In this document: piece after piece, positions 1 through 7,617 of the stretch
How the letters are laid out: each line of letters opens with the position of its first letter
Position numbering within the stretch: position 1 is the stretch's first letter
DNA from: a virus
IMG/VR virus record: IMGVR_UViG_3300045988_108496
Span: 21,921 to 85,920 of that record
Length of the DNA: 64,000 nt
Strand: one strand, 5' to 3'
Translations under genes and position numbers: made by a program
Notes under the pieces: generated by a model
Databases searched by the model: none
Told to the model about the DNA's origin: nothing
The model's input: only the letters and a program-made list of their open reading frames with translations

Positions 1-132
1 GCTGTCCAGTGCTTTGACACTACGGCAAGACATAAAGCAGCAATAGGTAATCTGACAACCATTGAAGAGGTTGAGAAGTATGACATCACAGCAGGCTACC
101 CCGAGAGATTGGAAATAACAACATACGATTAA
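1..132 (+). CDS. C-terminal end of an upstream protein (partial at window edge), function unknown
   Basis: Frame 1 is open from position 1 to TAA at 130-132 (...ITAGYPERLEITTYD*). The next gene starts 20 nt later. It is absent from the ORF track because it has no start. Confidence 0.4.
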   Translation, partial: AVQCFDTTARHKAAIGNLTTIEEVEKYDITAGYPERLEITTYD

Positions 133-151
133 CAACAAAAATTCAAATATC

Positions 152-613
152 ATGGAAGTAAAAGTAAGACGAATAGCAAAAAAGGAGACGTACACAATAG
201 GTAAGATGTACGTCAACGGCGAGTATGTCTGCGACACTCTTGAAGACAAGGACAGAGGACTAACATCTAACATGTCAGTTGCGCAGATATGCGGAGTGAA
301 GATTAAGGGCGAAACGGCTATACCGACAGGCAGATACCTCGTCGATATGAAGACGGTATCGCCAAGGTTCGGAGGTCGGGCGCAGTACCAGTTCTGCAAG
401 GGTCGACTGCCAAGGTTGTGCAATACGCCCGGCTACCAAGGCGTACTTATTCACTGCGGCAACACGGCGAAGGACACGGAGGGCTGCATCCTTGTCGGCG
501 AGAATAAGGAGAGGGGCAAGGTGCTCAACTCAACGGCGACGTTCCGTAAGGTGTACGCGAAGCTGAAGGCTGCGGACGAGAGAGGAGAACAGATCTGGAT
601 AACAATCGAGTAA
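152..613 (+). CDS. DUF5675-like protein; candidate cell-wall-active (lysis) enzyme
   Basis: 153-aa ORF with an ATG start. It resembles, from memory, the DUF5675 family common in Bacteroidota phages. The motif VLIHCGNTAKDTEGCILVGEN gives a His/Cys pair like Cys-His peptidoglycan enzymes. A 3-TM protein follows immediately. Confidence 0.55.
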   Translation: MEVKVRRIAKKETYTIGKMYVNGEYVCDTLEDKDRGLTSNMSVAQICGVKIKGETAIPTGRYLVDMKTVSPRFGGRAQYQFCKGRLPRLCNTPGYQGVLIHCGNTAKDTEGCILVGENKERGKVLNSTATFRKVYAKLKAADERGEQIWITIE

Positions 614-625
614 CACGAGAAAAAC

Positions 626-961
626 ATGAACATAAGAGTAATACTGATGCTGCTGAACTGCATCATATTGGGAGCGACAACGCTCTTTATTTTCTATAAG
701 GCAGCGCAGCTCGATATGGTAGATGAAGGCTACGACGAGAACAAGCGAAACCGACAAGGTGCTATCGGATGGTTTATTGCGTCTATATTCGTAGGCGTTC
801 TCGCGCTGCCCGTAATGGTGCTGCGTGAGGTTTATCAATGGAAGCGTTATAAGCTACCGGGTATTGAGTGGGATGATATTTGTCGCTACGGATTTACTAT
901 TGTTATCGGCTCTATGCTGCACGTACTCCTGCTTGTGGTGGTTACGCCATCTTCTTGTTGA
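626..961 (+). CDS. small integral membrane protein (about 3 TM helices), holin candidate
   Basis: Starts 13 nt after the previous stop. Hydrophobic segments: ILMLLNCIILGATTLFIF, IGWFIASIFVGVLALPVMVL, FTIVIGSMLHVLLLVVV. Confidence 0.5.
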   Translation: MNIRVILMLLNCIILGATTLFIFYKAAQLDMVDEGYDENKRNRQGAIGWFIASIFVGVLALPVMVLREVYQWKRYKLPGIEWDDICRYGFTIVIGSMLHVLLLVVVTPSSC

Positions 962-983
962 CAGCGAAAGTAAAAGGACTAAA

Positions 984-1020
984 TCAAAAAAACCGCTTCC
1001 ATCCTCGCAGACAGAAGCGG
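984..1020 (-). terminator. intrinsic terminator with GNRA-capped apex (family copy 1)
   Basis: Minus-strand sense: CCGCTTC-TG-TCT-GCGA-GGA-TG-GAAGCGG followed by T7. Lies downstream of the lipoprotein gene. Confidence 0.75.
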
Positions 1021-1119
1021 CCCAACTTTTGTTATACTTTACAGAAGTATGGCTAAGAGCCATATTCGTGACTGCAAAGGTACAATATTTTTTTGTTTTT
1101 ACATCGGATTTTGCTGATT

Positions 1120-1692
1120 TTAGTTCACTAACATAGGACCCGTGTCGCGGCCTGTAAACGATATATTGATATTGCGAGCATAGTCTCCGTTCTTTTCCGT
1201 CATTTCGTCAACGTGTAGCTTCACGCGGAACGTCTTTTTCCCATATTCGTCGCCCTTATCAAGAGTCTTTATCTCTGCCCAGGCACCTTTTACGGGCTGG
1301 TTGTTGTCCCAAGTGCTTAGTTCGTGCTTCTTGTATTCGGGTTGCCATTGCTCCTTCCATCCCCACACCGAACCGCCGACCTGCTCTATCCCGTAACGAC
1401 CGTCGTACATGTCGTCAGCAGGGGCATTGTAGACGAGAAAACTGATCGTATAGTAATCGGTCTTGTAATTACCCACCTGCGGGTCGCTTTGAAGTCCGAA
1501 CGATCCCGTACCGCTATTGTTATGGGAATAAGACAACTGATGCACAGGCTTCACTTTGAGAAGTTTTGAAAAAGCCGACTCCACCGGCACATACTCCGGT
1601 TCCTCGTTGTCGTCGCTGCTGCAACTGCTCATACTCACACATGCTGTCGTCATCATCGTCAACAGCAGCATCATTCTAAAGATTTTCTTCAT
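1120..1692 (-). CDS. lipoprotein of unknown function (moron-like)
   Basis: The N-terminus MKKIFRMMLLLTMMTTACVSMSSCSSDD is a signal peptide with a lipobox-like Cys and a Ser/Asp linker. It has its own terminator at 993-1020. Confidence 0.7.
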   Translation of the reverse strand: MKKIFRMMLLLTMMTTACVSMSSCSSDDNEEPEYVPVESAFSKLLKVKPVHQLSYSHNNSGTGSFGLQSDPQVGNYKTDYYTISFLVYNAPADDMYDGRYGIEQVGGSVWGWKEQWQPEYKKHELSTWDNNQPVKGAWAEIKTLDKGDEYGKKTFRVKLHVDEMTEKNGDYARNINISFTGRDTGPMLVN

Positions 1693-2022
1693 ACATTAAT
1701 ATTTTTATACGTTAGTACTTTCGTAGGTTTGTATATTTTTGTTTTCTGTCATTCAATGTTTTATAATACCGTCATCACAAGATTGACAATCCTTACAGCT
1801 ACATGCGCTCGCTTGTCACCGACGACCTCAAGGTGATGCTCGCCGGCAACGACCTCACGGGTGGCGTAGTGCCGGCGGTGGCTCCACAGGTGGCGGTGGT
1901 CAGAAGCCTGGCGGCGAACTGGAGCCGTAACGGTCGCTAAGCGGAAAACTTAACATTCCCCACGATAGGCACGCGAGGCTTGCCGTGGGATTTTTTCTTT
2001 GCAATGTCCGTAGGACGAAAAG

Positions 2023-2057
2023 CAAAAAAAACACTGCTATCCTCGCGGACGGCAGTG
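2023..2057 (-). terminator. intrinsic terminator with GNRA-capped apex (family copy 2)
   Basis: Minus-strand sense: CACTGC-CG-TCC-GCGA-GGA-TA-GCAGTG followed by T8. Lies downstream of XRE gene 2112-2450. Confidence 0.75.
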
Positions 2058-2111
2058 CTCAAAACCAAAATAGTAACATAATCATTAAAGATTATGAAAC
2101 ATGTCGTTTTA

Positions 2112-2450
2112 TCACTCTGCCTTAATGCTTGCGCTGATTTTTGCGCCACACGACGGGCAGACTGTCTGTATCTTAAATTCTGATGGTGCTTTTTGTGTCT
2201 TTTCGCATTCCTGCCATTGATCTTCGTCTGGGAACAACTCAGTTATCTTCACGCCTAATGCGTCGGCTATCTCATAAAGGTTGCTCAATGAAGGATTGCC
2301 GTTGATACGCGAACTCATTGTAGCTTTCGTGATTGTGCGCTGATTGTTGTCCTTGTCGGTGCGGATTATCTTGTTGGCGAGGTCGGTCAATGTAAGACCC
2401 TTCTCCTGCATGATTTCAGCTATGCGGAGATTGTTTCTCTTTCGTTCCAT
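2112..2450 (-). CDS. XRE-family helix-turn-helix transcriptional regulator with C-terminal CPxC element
   Basis: HTH segment LTLTDLANKI...TKATMSSRINGNPSLSNLYEIADALGVKITELF. C-terminal CPSCGAKI. Promoter TAACTTTG at 2500-2507 and terminator at 2032-2057. Confidence 0.85.
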   Translation of the reverse strand: MERKRNNLRIAEIMQEKGLTLTDLANKIIRTDKDNNQRTITKATMSSRINGNPSLSNLYEIADALGVKITELFPDEDQWQECEKTQKAPSEFKIQTVCPSCGAKISASIKAE

Positions 2451-2499
2451 AATAATGTTCTTTGATGTTTCTATTCTGTAAAGTATTAAAAGTTTGATG

Positions 2500-2507
2500 C
2501 AAAGTTA
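2500..2507 (-). promoter_or_regulatory. -7 box TAACTTTG for XRE gene 2112-2450
   Basis: The plus strand reads CAAAGTTA, 50 nt upstream of the start. Confidence 0.55.
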
Positions 2508-2607
2508 TATAATTATATGAATATTTACAAACTATTTTGAAGAAAAATGATACAAATACGAATATTTTTAATACTTTTGTTTGGTATTATGATATTATTG
2601 AGCGCGT

Positions 2608-3051
2608 CTACCCTACCCCATTCTTCTCCTCGGCATATCGTGGAATGTTGGTGACGAGGAAGGCAGTGGCGCAGTTTGGGCATACCAGCACTTTGTGTGC
2701 GTCTTGTGGGGTCTGGGCGAACAGCGGACCTAAGCGTTCACGCTCGGCATACTCCTTCAGTTTTTCAAAGCTCACCTTGGGCTCTTCGATGATTGTGCCG
2801 TCTTGAGCCATGCGATAGAAGAAGTCGCGAGGGTCAACGTCTATTGCCCAGGCTATCTTGTATATGGTGGAGAGCGTAGGATTGCCCGAAGTCATTTGCG
2901 ACACGGCAGCCTTGGTCACACCCAGACGTTCTGCCACTTGCTGAGTGGTGAATCCCTTTCGGTGAACGGTCTCCATAATGTTCAGTTCCGTAACGGGAGC
3001 GTATGGCTGCACCACCTTGCGCCCATCTTTCTTTATCTCGATGTCTATCAT
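2608..3051 (-). CDS. XRE-family helix-turn-helix transcriptional regulator with C-terminal CPxC element
   Basis: HTH segment FTTQQVAERLGVTKAAVSQMTSGNPTLSTIYKIAWAIDVDPRDFF. C-terminal VCPNCATAF. Start moved to ATG 3051 (MIDIEIKK) because the track start at 3081 (TTG) lies inside the promoter box at 3079-3086. Confidence 0.85.
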   Translation of the reverse strand: MIDIEIKKDGRKVVQPYAPVTELNIMETVHRKGFTTQQVAERLGVTKAAVSQMTSGNPTLSTIYKIAWAIDVDPRDFFYRMAQDGTIIEEPKVSFEKLKEYAERERLGPLFAQTPQDAHKVLVCPNCATAFLVTNIPRYAEEKNGVG

Positions 3052-3078
3052 ATATAGTGTTTTGTGTTGTTTATAACG

Positions 3079-3086
3079 CAAAGTTA
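3079..3086 (-). promoter_or_regulatory. -7 box TAACTTTG for XRE gene 2608-3051
   Basis: The plus strand reads CAAAGTTA. The octamer plus its flanking GC is identical to 2500-2507. Confidence 0.55.
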
Positions 3087-3433
3087 AGATATTTTGCTTT
3101 TATGCGCAGGACATTGTGCGTATTTCGTCGTTTTTGTGTAAGTTTGGTCTATTGATTAAGTGTTTTGGTATAGGTTGATGTTGTTTTAACGTACTAAACA
3201 TGAGCGTTTTAATCTGTTTGTTCCCCAAAATAATCGTTGTAATTTGGGTTTTCTCGAAAGTGGCAGCACGTAGGTTGCTACCCATAAAACCATGTAAATT
3301 TTTAAGAATTAGAGCAAAGGTGTTGTTTTGAACGGCTCAACCTCACAAGCGAGCAACCGCCGCACTGAGACCCCTTGGCTTAGTGTCGGTTAGTCAAATC
3401 TTATTATATATGCTAACGAGTATAAAGGGGGGG

Positions 3434-3463
3434 GGTGGTCTGTGGTGGTCTGTGGTGGTCGTG
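3434..3463. repeat. 10-bp tandem repeat TGTGGTGGTC (about 3 units) preceded by G9
   Basis: GGTGGTC TGTGGTGGTC TGTGGTGGTC GTG. The G9 run lies at 3427-3435. Confidence 0.9.
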
Positions 3464-3474
3464 AATGTGCCTTA

Positions 3475-3627
3475 TATATAATAAGGTGTAATAATAAAAT
3501 AATACAAAAATAAATACCTGTATGAAAAAATCCTTATTTTATTTGGCGGTGTTAGATTTTTTCCATACCTTTGCAGCAGTTAAAGAAAAAAACCAAATAG
3601 TAACAAATAAAATACTTTAAGATTATG
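3475..3627 (+). repeat. 153-bp promoter/leader cassette, copy 1
   Basis: TATATAATAAGGTGTAATAATAAAATAAT...TACCTTTGCAGCAGTTAAAGAAA...GATTATG. Roughly 85 percent identical to 4777-4929 by eye. Confidence 0.9.
3542..3573 (+). promoter_or_regulatory. Bacteroidota-type promoter (-33 TTTG, -7 TACCTTTG), cassette copy 1
   Basis: TTTG at 3542-3545, a 20-nt spacer, then TACCTTTG at 3566-3573. The ATG lies 52 nt downstream. Confidence 0.7.
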
Positions 3628-3978
3628 AACAAAAGAAAATTGTCGTTGTTAATTGCGCTTGCAACAATAGCAACTAACAACAAAGAAGGATTTACAGTAA
3701 ATGCAGCAACTTTGCAACCAATTACAACAGGGTACGCTGTAGCCATCGCAGCAACACAAAATTCGTTTGGTCTCGAAGGCCTTGCGAACGTTGTAAAATA
3801 CGTTAGCGAACACCCTGAAATAAATGCTTTTGGCGGTTGGTATAATAGCCAAAATAATATGTATTATTTTGACGCTACAATGATTATTAAGGATTTGAAA
3901 ACAGCTATAGAGATCGGGCGTGCAAATAAACAGCTTGCAATTTTTGATCTTACGAACGGCTTACCTATCGACTTATAA
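3625..3978 (+). CDS. hypothetical protein
   Basis: ATG follows promoter cassette copy 1. A GC hairpin (3988-4008) lies downstream. No domain recognised. Confidence 0.6.
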   Translation: MNKRKLSLLIALATIATNNKEGFTVNAATLQPITTGYAVAIAATQNSFGLEGLANVVKYVSEHPEINAFGGWYNSQNNMYYFDATMIIKDLKTAIEIGRANKQLAIFDLTNGLPIDL

Positions 3979-4037
3979 TAAATGAAGAGGACCGGCGCCG
4001 CCGGTCCTTACATTCAACAAATTAAATATTATATATT

Positions 4038-4388
4038 ATGATATACAACAAAGAAATTAACGGCGTTAAATTTTCGCTTGTTTGTGAATCTTGGTGCACT
4101 CGAAACAGTTGGGGGCACAGAGTAACTTTGTATAAAAATGATACCGCAAAAGTGGGTAAAATAAAAATACGCTATTATAATAGAACTTGGGAGGAATACC
4201 AATACCAAAGCGCAATAAAAGGCGTTATATATAATGCCATTCAAGAAATTAAAGCGGTTGCAAAGAAAGCGTTTTTAACTTTGCATAACTACAAACTTTT
4301 GACGAAAAAACGCGCCGCCGAATTTACCGAATATCTTGCAAAGGATTTAGAATATAATACATATAAAGAACTTTTTGAAATGTTTTAA
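4038..4388 (+). CDS. hypothetical protein
   Basis: ATG start with an A/T-rich leader. A strong terminator at 4396-4425 follows directly. Confidence 0.6.
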   Translation: MIYNKEINGVKFSLVCESWCTRNSWGHRVTLYKNDTAKVGKIKIRYYNRTWEEYQYQSAIKGVIYNAIQEIKAVAKKAFLTLHNYKLLTKKRAAEFTEYLAKDLEYNTYKELFEMF

Positions 4389-4395
4389 TTGTTTG

Positions 4396-4425
4396 ACGTG
4401 CTGCGAATTTGCAGCACGTTTTTTT
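4396..4425 (+). terminator. intrinsic terminator
   Basis: ACGTGCTGC-GAATTT-GCAGCACGT followed by T7, 8 nt after the stop of gene 4038-4388. Confidence 0.8.
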
Positions 4426-4645
4426 GTATCTCGTTGTATGGTGCTGTATGGTGCTGTATGGTGCTGTACCTCGCTGTATGGTGCTGTATCTCGCTGCATC
4501 TCGCTGCATCTCGCTGTATCTCGCTGTATGGTGCTGTATCGTGCTGTACCTCGCTGTATCGTGCTGTATCTCGCTGCATCTCGCTGTATCTCGCTGTATC
4601 GTGCTGTATCGTGCTGTATCTCGCTGTATCGTGCTGTATGGTGTC
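4426..4645. repeat. 10-bp tandem array, about 22 units (GTATC-TCGCT / GTATG-GTGCT / GTATC-GTGCT variants)
   Basis: The exact 10-nt register holds over 220 bp and is visible directly in the 10-column layout. No stop codon occurs in any frame, which generates spurious ORFs on both strands. Confidence 0.95.
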
Positions 4646-4776
4646 CCCTGGTGCCCCACTCCATCACATTACACACATTATATAATATCACAGATATTAG
4701 AGTATTTGAGGCGGTGCCCACTCATTATAGATATTATAGAGCATCACTGATATTATGTTTTTTATATTGTTTGCAT

Positions 4777-4929
4777 TATATAATAAGGTGTAATAATAAA
4801 ATAATATGAAAATAAATATTTGTATGAAAATTTTTTTATTTTATTTGGCAGTGTTAGATTATTTTCGTACCTTTGCAACAGTTAAAGAAATAAACCAAAA
4901 TAGTAAAGAACAAAATACAAAAGATTATG
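4777..4929 (+). repeat. 153-bp promoter/leader cassette, copy 2
   Basis: Direct repeat of 3475-3627, ending at the ATG of a different gene. Confidence 0.9.
4844..4875 (+). promoter_or_regulatory. Bacteroidota-type promoter, cassette copy 2
   Basis: TTTG at 4844-4847, a 20-nt spacer, then TACCTTTG at 4868-4875. Confidence 0.7.
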
Positions 4930-5202
4930 GCAAGAATCACTAAAAAACAGGAGTTCGACGAGCTTTCCAAGTTCGGTTGCGCTTTCCTTCAGACCAACAA
5001 TTATGGGGGCTATTGCATCGTTATAGATGATGGCGGGGAACAGGTATTGTGGCGCGACTGCACCAGCAGAAACGAGCATACGGCGCGACGTTGGCAGCGC
5101 ATCAAATACACTTGCCCGCGTGATCCTGAAACCGAATCGCGTCCGTACCTTACTATATACGGCATCCGCTATTATTTAGACGACTTCATGCGCTGCGCCT
5201 AA
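4927..5202 (+). CDS. hypothetical protein
   Basis: ATG follows promoter cassette copy 2. A GC hairpin at 5211-5228 follows. Confidence 0.6.
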   Translation: MARITKKQEFDELSKFGCAFLQTNNYGGYCIVIDDGGEQVLWRDCTSRNEHTARRWQRIKYTCPRDPETESRPYLTIYGIRYYLDDFMRCA

Positions 5203-5210
5203 CCATACCA

Positions 5211-5243
5211 GGGAGGCTCCGGCCTCCCCTATTATAGAAAACA
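5211..5243 (+). other. GC hairpin + CTATTATAGAA junction element
   Basis: GGGAGGC-TCCG-GCCTCCC followed by CTATTATAGAAAACA. Confidence 0.6.
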
Positions 5244-5279
5244 TATAACATCACCAACTTTATAAATACTTTACTGATT

Positions 5280-5954
5280 ATGAGTACACCGAATTCTGCA
5301 TTAACAAATGCTTCACGTTATTTCGTGTTAGGAATGCCTGTATATTACACACAGGAAGAAATAGACGAGCGCAAACTCGACCAGGACCTTTTAGGCGAGT
5401 TTGATGAACTGGACACAGAGGCTAATTATGAAGCGGACAAGGAAAATGTGGCCTGTGAGCTGAAGGCGAAGGGATGGCACGATATAGAAGAGTGTGACAA
5501 TGATCGCAGTTATCCAACATCTCTATTTTCAGAGATTACTAAAACTATTTGGTTTGGCAACACGTATGTAGATGTTACCGTTCAAGCCGGCTGCACGTCC
5601 GGCTATTACGAAGCGGCTAATTTTGACTGGTTTGCAAAAGTAAAGGTTAGCGGCATGATAGAAGGATGGCACGAGACCTTCGAGTATGAGCACGACGAGC
5701 TGGAAGCCGACGACGTGATCCGCGACAACTGGTACGACAACAAAGGACTCAGCAAGATTCACGCTGCGCACATTCTCCGCAAAATTGAGTCTATTATAGA
5801 CGACCTGAAAAACGAGGCTGAGCTTGCCTTCTCACAGTATTGCGACGAGGAGTTGTTTTGCGATTTTATCGCCTTCAACGGTGAAGCCGGCTACAGCAAG
5901 ACGGGCAAACGCCTCTGGCAAGAAGTAGAAGAACTGAATAAGAAAACCGCTTAA
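5280..5954 (+). CDS. hypothetical acidic protein
   Basis: 224-aa ORF rich in D/E, in the early gene block. No domain recognised. Confidence 0.7.
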   Translation: MSTPNSALTNASRYFVLGMPVYYTQEEIDERKLDQDLLGEFDELDTEANYEADKENVACELKAKGWHDIEECDNDRSYPTSLFSEITKTIWFGNTYVDVTVQAGCTSGYYEAANFDWFAKVKVSGMIEGWHETFEYEHDELEADDVIRDNWYDNKGLSKIHAAHILRKIESIIDDLKNEAELAFSQYCDEELFCDFIAFNGEAGYSKTGKRLWQEVEELNKKTA

Positions 5955-5967
5955 ACAATATATCATC

Positions 5968-6225
5968 ATGGCACCAACTATTACAATATCACGCACAACG
6001 AGTACACGTGCCCTTCTCACGGCTTTATTTGCCGTCGTCGTGTTACTCGTCAGTCGCACGGTAAAAAACGCTCTTGCAGCCCTTAAAACGACCCGCCAGT
6101 GGCTCCGGGCTCAGCACAGCTTTTATGGCCAGGATGGCGACCCTATCCAGTGCACCGGCTGGCAGTTCGTCGGCTACAACATCATGGCAGCAGTAGTGGC
6201 AATATTGCTCTGCATTAAGTATTAA
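5968..6225 (+). CDS. small membrane protein
   Basis: Two hydrophobic segments (LLTALFAVVVLLV and IMAAVVAILLCI). Tight spacing to the upstream gene. Confidence 0.5.
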   Translation: MAPTITISRTTSTRALLTALFAVVVLLVSRTVKNALAALKTTRQWLRAQHSFYGQDGDPIQCTGWQFVGYNIMAAVVAILLCIKY

Positions 6226-6281
6226 TTAACGCCTTATTATAGGCACATAAAAATATCACCAACTTTTAACATTTACAGATT

Positions 6282-6674
6282 ATGGCACAGATAGCATTAT
6301 TCAACGTAACCAATGATTCACAGTATTTACCACAGCGTCGCGACATGTTCAACGAGGCGCGATGGAAGGAGGCTAAGCGCCTCCTGGCACAGGCCCTGAA
6401 GTTGACAAGCAAGGAGGCAGGCAGATATACGTCGCGCTTCCTCCAGGATAGAATGGTCGGTGGGGACTTTCCGGCACCAGCCGGAGGCTATCACAACGGC
6501 ATCACGTGTATAGCCAACGGAGGCGAGCACAGCCAGCAGCGAGGCGAGTTCACAGTGTACGATATTATAGGCAGCTCGTATATTTATGAGGCACCGACAG
6601 GCGACATGTGTATAGCCAACATTCCGGAAGAAGGAGAAACGGAGTACTACCGTATATCGGTATTGGCTTATTAA
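6282..6674 (+). CDS. hypothetical protein
   Basis: GATTATGGCA start context shared with many genes here. A hairpin at 6687-6713 follows. Confidence 0.65.
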   Translation: MAQIALFNVTNDSQYLPQRRDMFNEARWKEAKRLLAQALKLTSKEAGRYTSRFLQDRMVGGDFPAPAGGYHNGITCIANGGEHSQQRGEFTVYDIIGSSYIYEAPTGDMCIANIPEEGETEYYRISVLAY

Positions 6675-6686
6675 ACCATCATTCAC

Positions 6687-6727
6687 GGGCTGCACCTGGC
6701 AGCAGGGCAGCCCCTATTATAGAACAC
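6687..6727 (+). other. GC hairpin + CCCCTATTATAGAAC junction element
   Basis: GGGCTGC-A-CCTG-GCAG-CAGG-GCAGCCC followed by CTATTATAGAACA. Confidence 0.6.
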
Positions 6728-6746
6728 TTTTAAAATTGAGAATATT

Positions 6747-7547
6747 ATGAACGAGATATTTGTCGAAGCAAAAAATCTTATTTGCAAAGATGGCGAGGTG
6801 TGGCTGTGGAAGTCTGATGGTATGAAGTTTGTGAACTTCTTCGCCACAAAGGAGGATGCACAGAAGTATATAGATCTGCATCATCAGTTTTGCCGTGAAC
6901 GCGGCATGAAGGAAGAAGCCTATAGCATCGGCACGGAGGCAGACTTTATGGCGGCTGCGAAAAAGTATGAAGCCGACAAGAAGGCCAACGAGGTGAAGGA
7001 GTACGGAAAGCACGTTGACGCATTGATAGAGCGCAAACAGCTCGAAATAAAGGCCCTGGACGGACTTGTTCAGGTGTGCCGAAAGTTTGATGGCAAGGTA
7101 CTTAATAAACGCTTCCATGATGCAGTGAAGGAGGCGACGGGCTTTTATAGCTCGTTCGGTGAATACAGCTTCGAGCTGAATTGCTACGACTATTACGACT
7201 TTTATCGCCCCAACGTCTCATTGTCCGTTGACTGGAGCCACGGCATCAACCGCTACACCGGCAAGAAGAAGGAGATGAATCCGAATGACTGGCAGTGGAA
7301 CACTGGCGACCGTCTGGATGCCGAAAAAGCGGTTGCCGTTATAGATTTTTACAAAAACGGTCGACTTGCCAAAATCGAGGAACTGAAGGCTTCAAAGAAG
7401 AAGTATGCAGCCTATCTGCGACTTGCACGAAAAGCGGAGGCGATAATGAAGGATATGGAAGGTTACGACTACGAGATTCGCGAGTTCGCAAAGGAGAACG
7501 CATTGAGCCAGTATAGCCGTCACTCATACTTCTGGAGGGGCTACTAA
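6747..7547 (+). CDS. hypothetical protein
   Basis: 266-aa ORF bracketed by two copies of the hairpin plus CCCCTATTATAGAAC junction element. Confidence 0.7.
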   Translation: MNEIFVEAKNLICKDGEVWLWKSDGMKFVNFFATKEDAQKYIDLHHQFCRERGMKEEAYSIGTEADFMAAAKKYEADKKANEVKEYGKHVDALIERKQLEIKALDGLVQVCRKFDGKVLNKRFHDAVKEATGFYSSFGEYSFELNCYDYYDFYRPNVSLSVDWSHGINRYTGKKKEMNPNDWQWNTGDRLDAEKAVAVIDFYKNGRLAKIEELKASKKKYAAYLRLARKAEAIMKDMEGYDYEIREFAKENALSQYSRHSYFWRGY

Positions 7548-7558
7548 ATCAACATCAT

Positions 7559-7598
7559 GGGCTGCTCTGGCAGCAGGGCAGCCCCTATTATAGAACAT
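7559..7598 (+). other. GC hairpin + CCCCTATTATAGAAC junction element
   Basis: GGGCTGC-TCTGGCAGCAGG-GCAGCCC followed by CTATTATAGAACA. Confidence 0.6.
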
Positions 7599-7617
7599 AT
7601 AAAAATTTGATAAAATC

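Noticed and set aside
1937-2149. 70-aa minus-strand ORF
   Set aside because: It runs through the GNRA-capped terminator of the XRE gene and has no start context.
4426-4645. CRISPR array
   Set aside because: The units are contiguous 10-mers with no spacers, which is far below CRISPR repeat length. No cas genes are present.
4324-4809. Seven overlapping ORFs of 64-144 aa on both strands (for example 4347-4721 minus and 4375-4809 plus) with repetitive ARYSTIQRDT / LYGAVSRC translations
   Set aside because: They exist only because the 10-bp tandem array contains no stop codon in any frame. The peptide repeats simply mirror the DNA period, and a terminator lies immediately upstream.
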